Of a stretch of 5,599 bases of DNA, positions 4,849 to 5,599 are shown in pieces (positions within the stretch are counted from its first letter, which is position 1; each line of letters starts with the position of its first letter). The notes under the pieces were generated by a model, which saw nothing but the letters and a program-made list of their open reading frames with translations, did not search any database and was not told the DNA's origin. Both the position numbers and the translations under genes were made by a program. Origin of the DNA: a virus (taxonomy: Duplodnaviria; Heunggongvirae; Uroviricota; Caudoviricetes); the IMG/VR virus record IMGVR_UViG_2703718812_000014, positions 1-5,599 of that record, one strand, 5' to 3'.

Positions 4849-4884
4849 NNNNNNNNNNNNNNNNNNNNNNNNNNNNNNNNNNNN
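4849..4884. other. run of 36 N (assembly gap or masked bases)
   Basis: Literal n characters; true length and content unknown. Hides the start of the nanS-p-like gene. Confidence 0.95.
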
Positions 4885-4885
4885 C

Positions 4886-5599
4886 AGGGCGGCGTCGCCG
4901 TCAGACCTTGCTGATGCACTTGCTCAAAAAATTCGTGAAGGATGGCAACCATACGGCGGGCCGTTTTCTTCGTATACGGATGATGGCGCAGCACTTATTC
5001 AGGCGATTGTCGCAGAAGGTGATGTGAGCACACCTGTTGTGGTGAAGCCGACAGGTGGAGAAGGTGCAGTAATCAGCGCCACCAGAGACCCGGAGTATTA
5101 CTTTGTTGTGGTTCTGGCGGGGCAGTCAAACAGCATGGCATATGGTGAAGGCCTTCCGCTGCCGGAGACATATGACCGTCCGGACCCGCGTATTAAGCAG
5201 CTGGCGCGCCGCAGTACGGTGACACCGGGCGGTGTCGCCTGTAAATATAACGACATCATTCCGGCGGACCATTGTCTGCATGATGTGCAGGACATGAGCC
5301 GCCTTAACCATCCGAAAGCGGACCTGTCAAAGAGGCAGTACGGAACCGTGGGGCAGGGGCTGCATATCGCCAAAAAATTGCTGCCGTTTATACCGGCGAA
5401 TGCGGGCATTCTGCTGGTTCCGTGCTGTCGTGGTGGTTCAGCGTTCACCACCGGAGCTGATGGCACATACAGTGACGCGAGTGGTGCCTCGGAGAATTCA
5501 ACCCGCTGGGGTGTGGACAAGCCGCTGTATAAGGACCTTATCGGTCGAACAAAAGCAGCACTGAAGAAGAACCCGAAAAATGTGCTGTTTGCCGTGGTG
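4886..5599 (+). CDS. nanS: prophage sialate O-acetylesterase (NanS-p-like; SGNH/SASA hydrolase), internal fragment: 5' end lost in the gap, 3' end beyond the window
   Basis: Frame with no stop from 4886 to 5599: ...DLADALAQKIREGWQPYGGPFSSYTDDGAALIQAIVAEGDV...YYFVVVLAGQSNSMAYGEG...VPCCRGGSAFTTG.... The GQSN catalytic block is typical of the sialate O-acetylesterase family, and the position downstream of Q and a tRNA matches nanS-p in Stx phages. Confidence 0.8.

Noticed and set aside
4656-5027. ORFs crossing the N gap (4656-4994 minus, 4839-5027 plus)
   Set aside because: Their translations contain runs of X from the gap and are out of frame with or antisense to the esterase frame.
5098-5520. 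Minus-strand ORFs 5098-5520 and 5126-5311
   Set aside because: Antisense to the nanS-p-like frame, which carries the recognisable GQSN hydrolase block.
1-5599. CRISPR array or other periodic repeat-spacer structure
   Set aside because: No regularly spaced direct repeats; the only repeats are isolated pairs described in the findings.

Overview
This window reads as the nin-region to late-gene junction of a lambdoid, Stx-phage-like enterobacterial prophage, with every supported gene on the + strand. Left to right: two tiny membrane-peptide ORFs, a hok/mok/sok-type type I toxin locus, a Doc-family (Fic/Doc) toxin cassette with a 59-aa upstream partner ORF and its own terminator, a small hypothetical gene, a translationally coupled DUF1367-like / DUF1364 (YbcO-like) / antiterminator Q block, a PR'-like promoter and tR'-like terminator, an ORF6N-domain gene with an in-frame TGA, a degenerate tRNA-Ile-like element, a structured ~250-bp non-coding stretch ending in a 36-N gap, and the 5' part of a prophage sialate O-acetylesterase (nanS-p-like) gene that runs off the window. 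The most interesting points are the Doc cassette with a non-Phd-like partner, the stacking of two toxin modules in 1.6 kb, and a Q-tRNA-[slot]-nanS arrangement in which the position occupied by stx in Stx phages holds no toxin ORF in the readable sequence. All family assignments rest on motifs I recognise by eye from the translations; no searches were run, so names are hypotheses to confirm.
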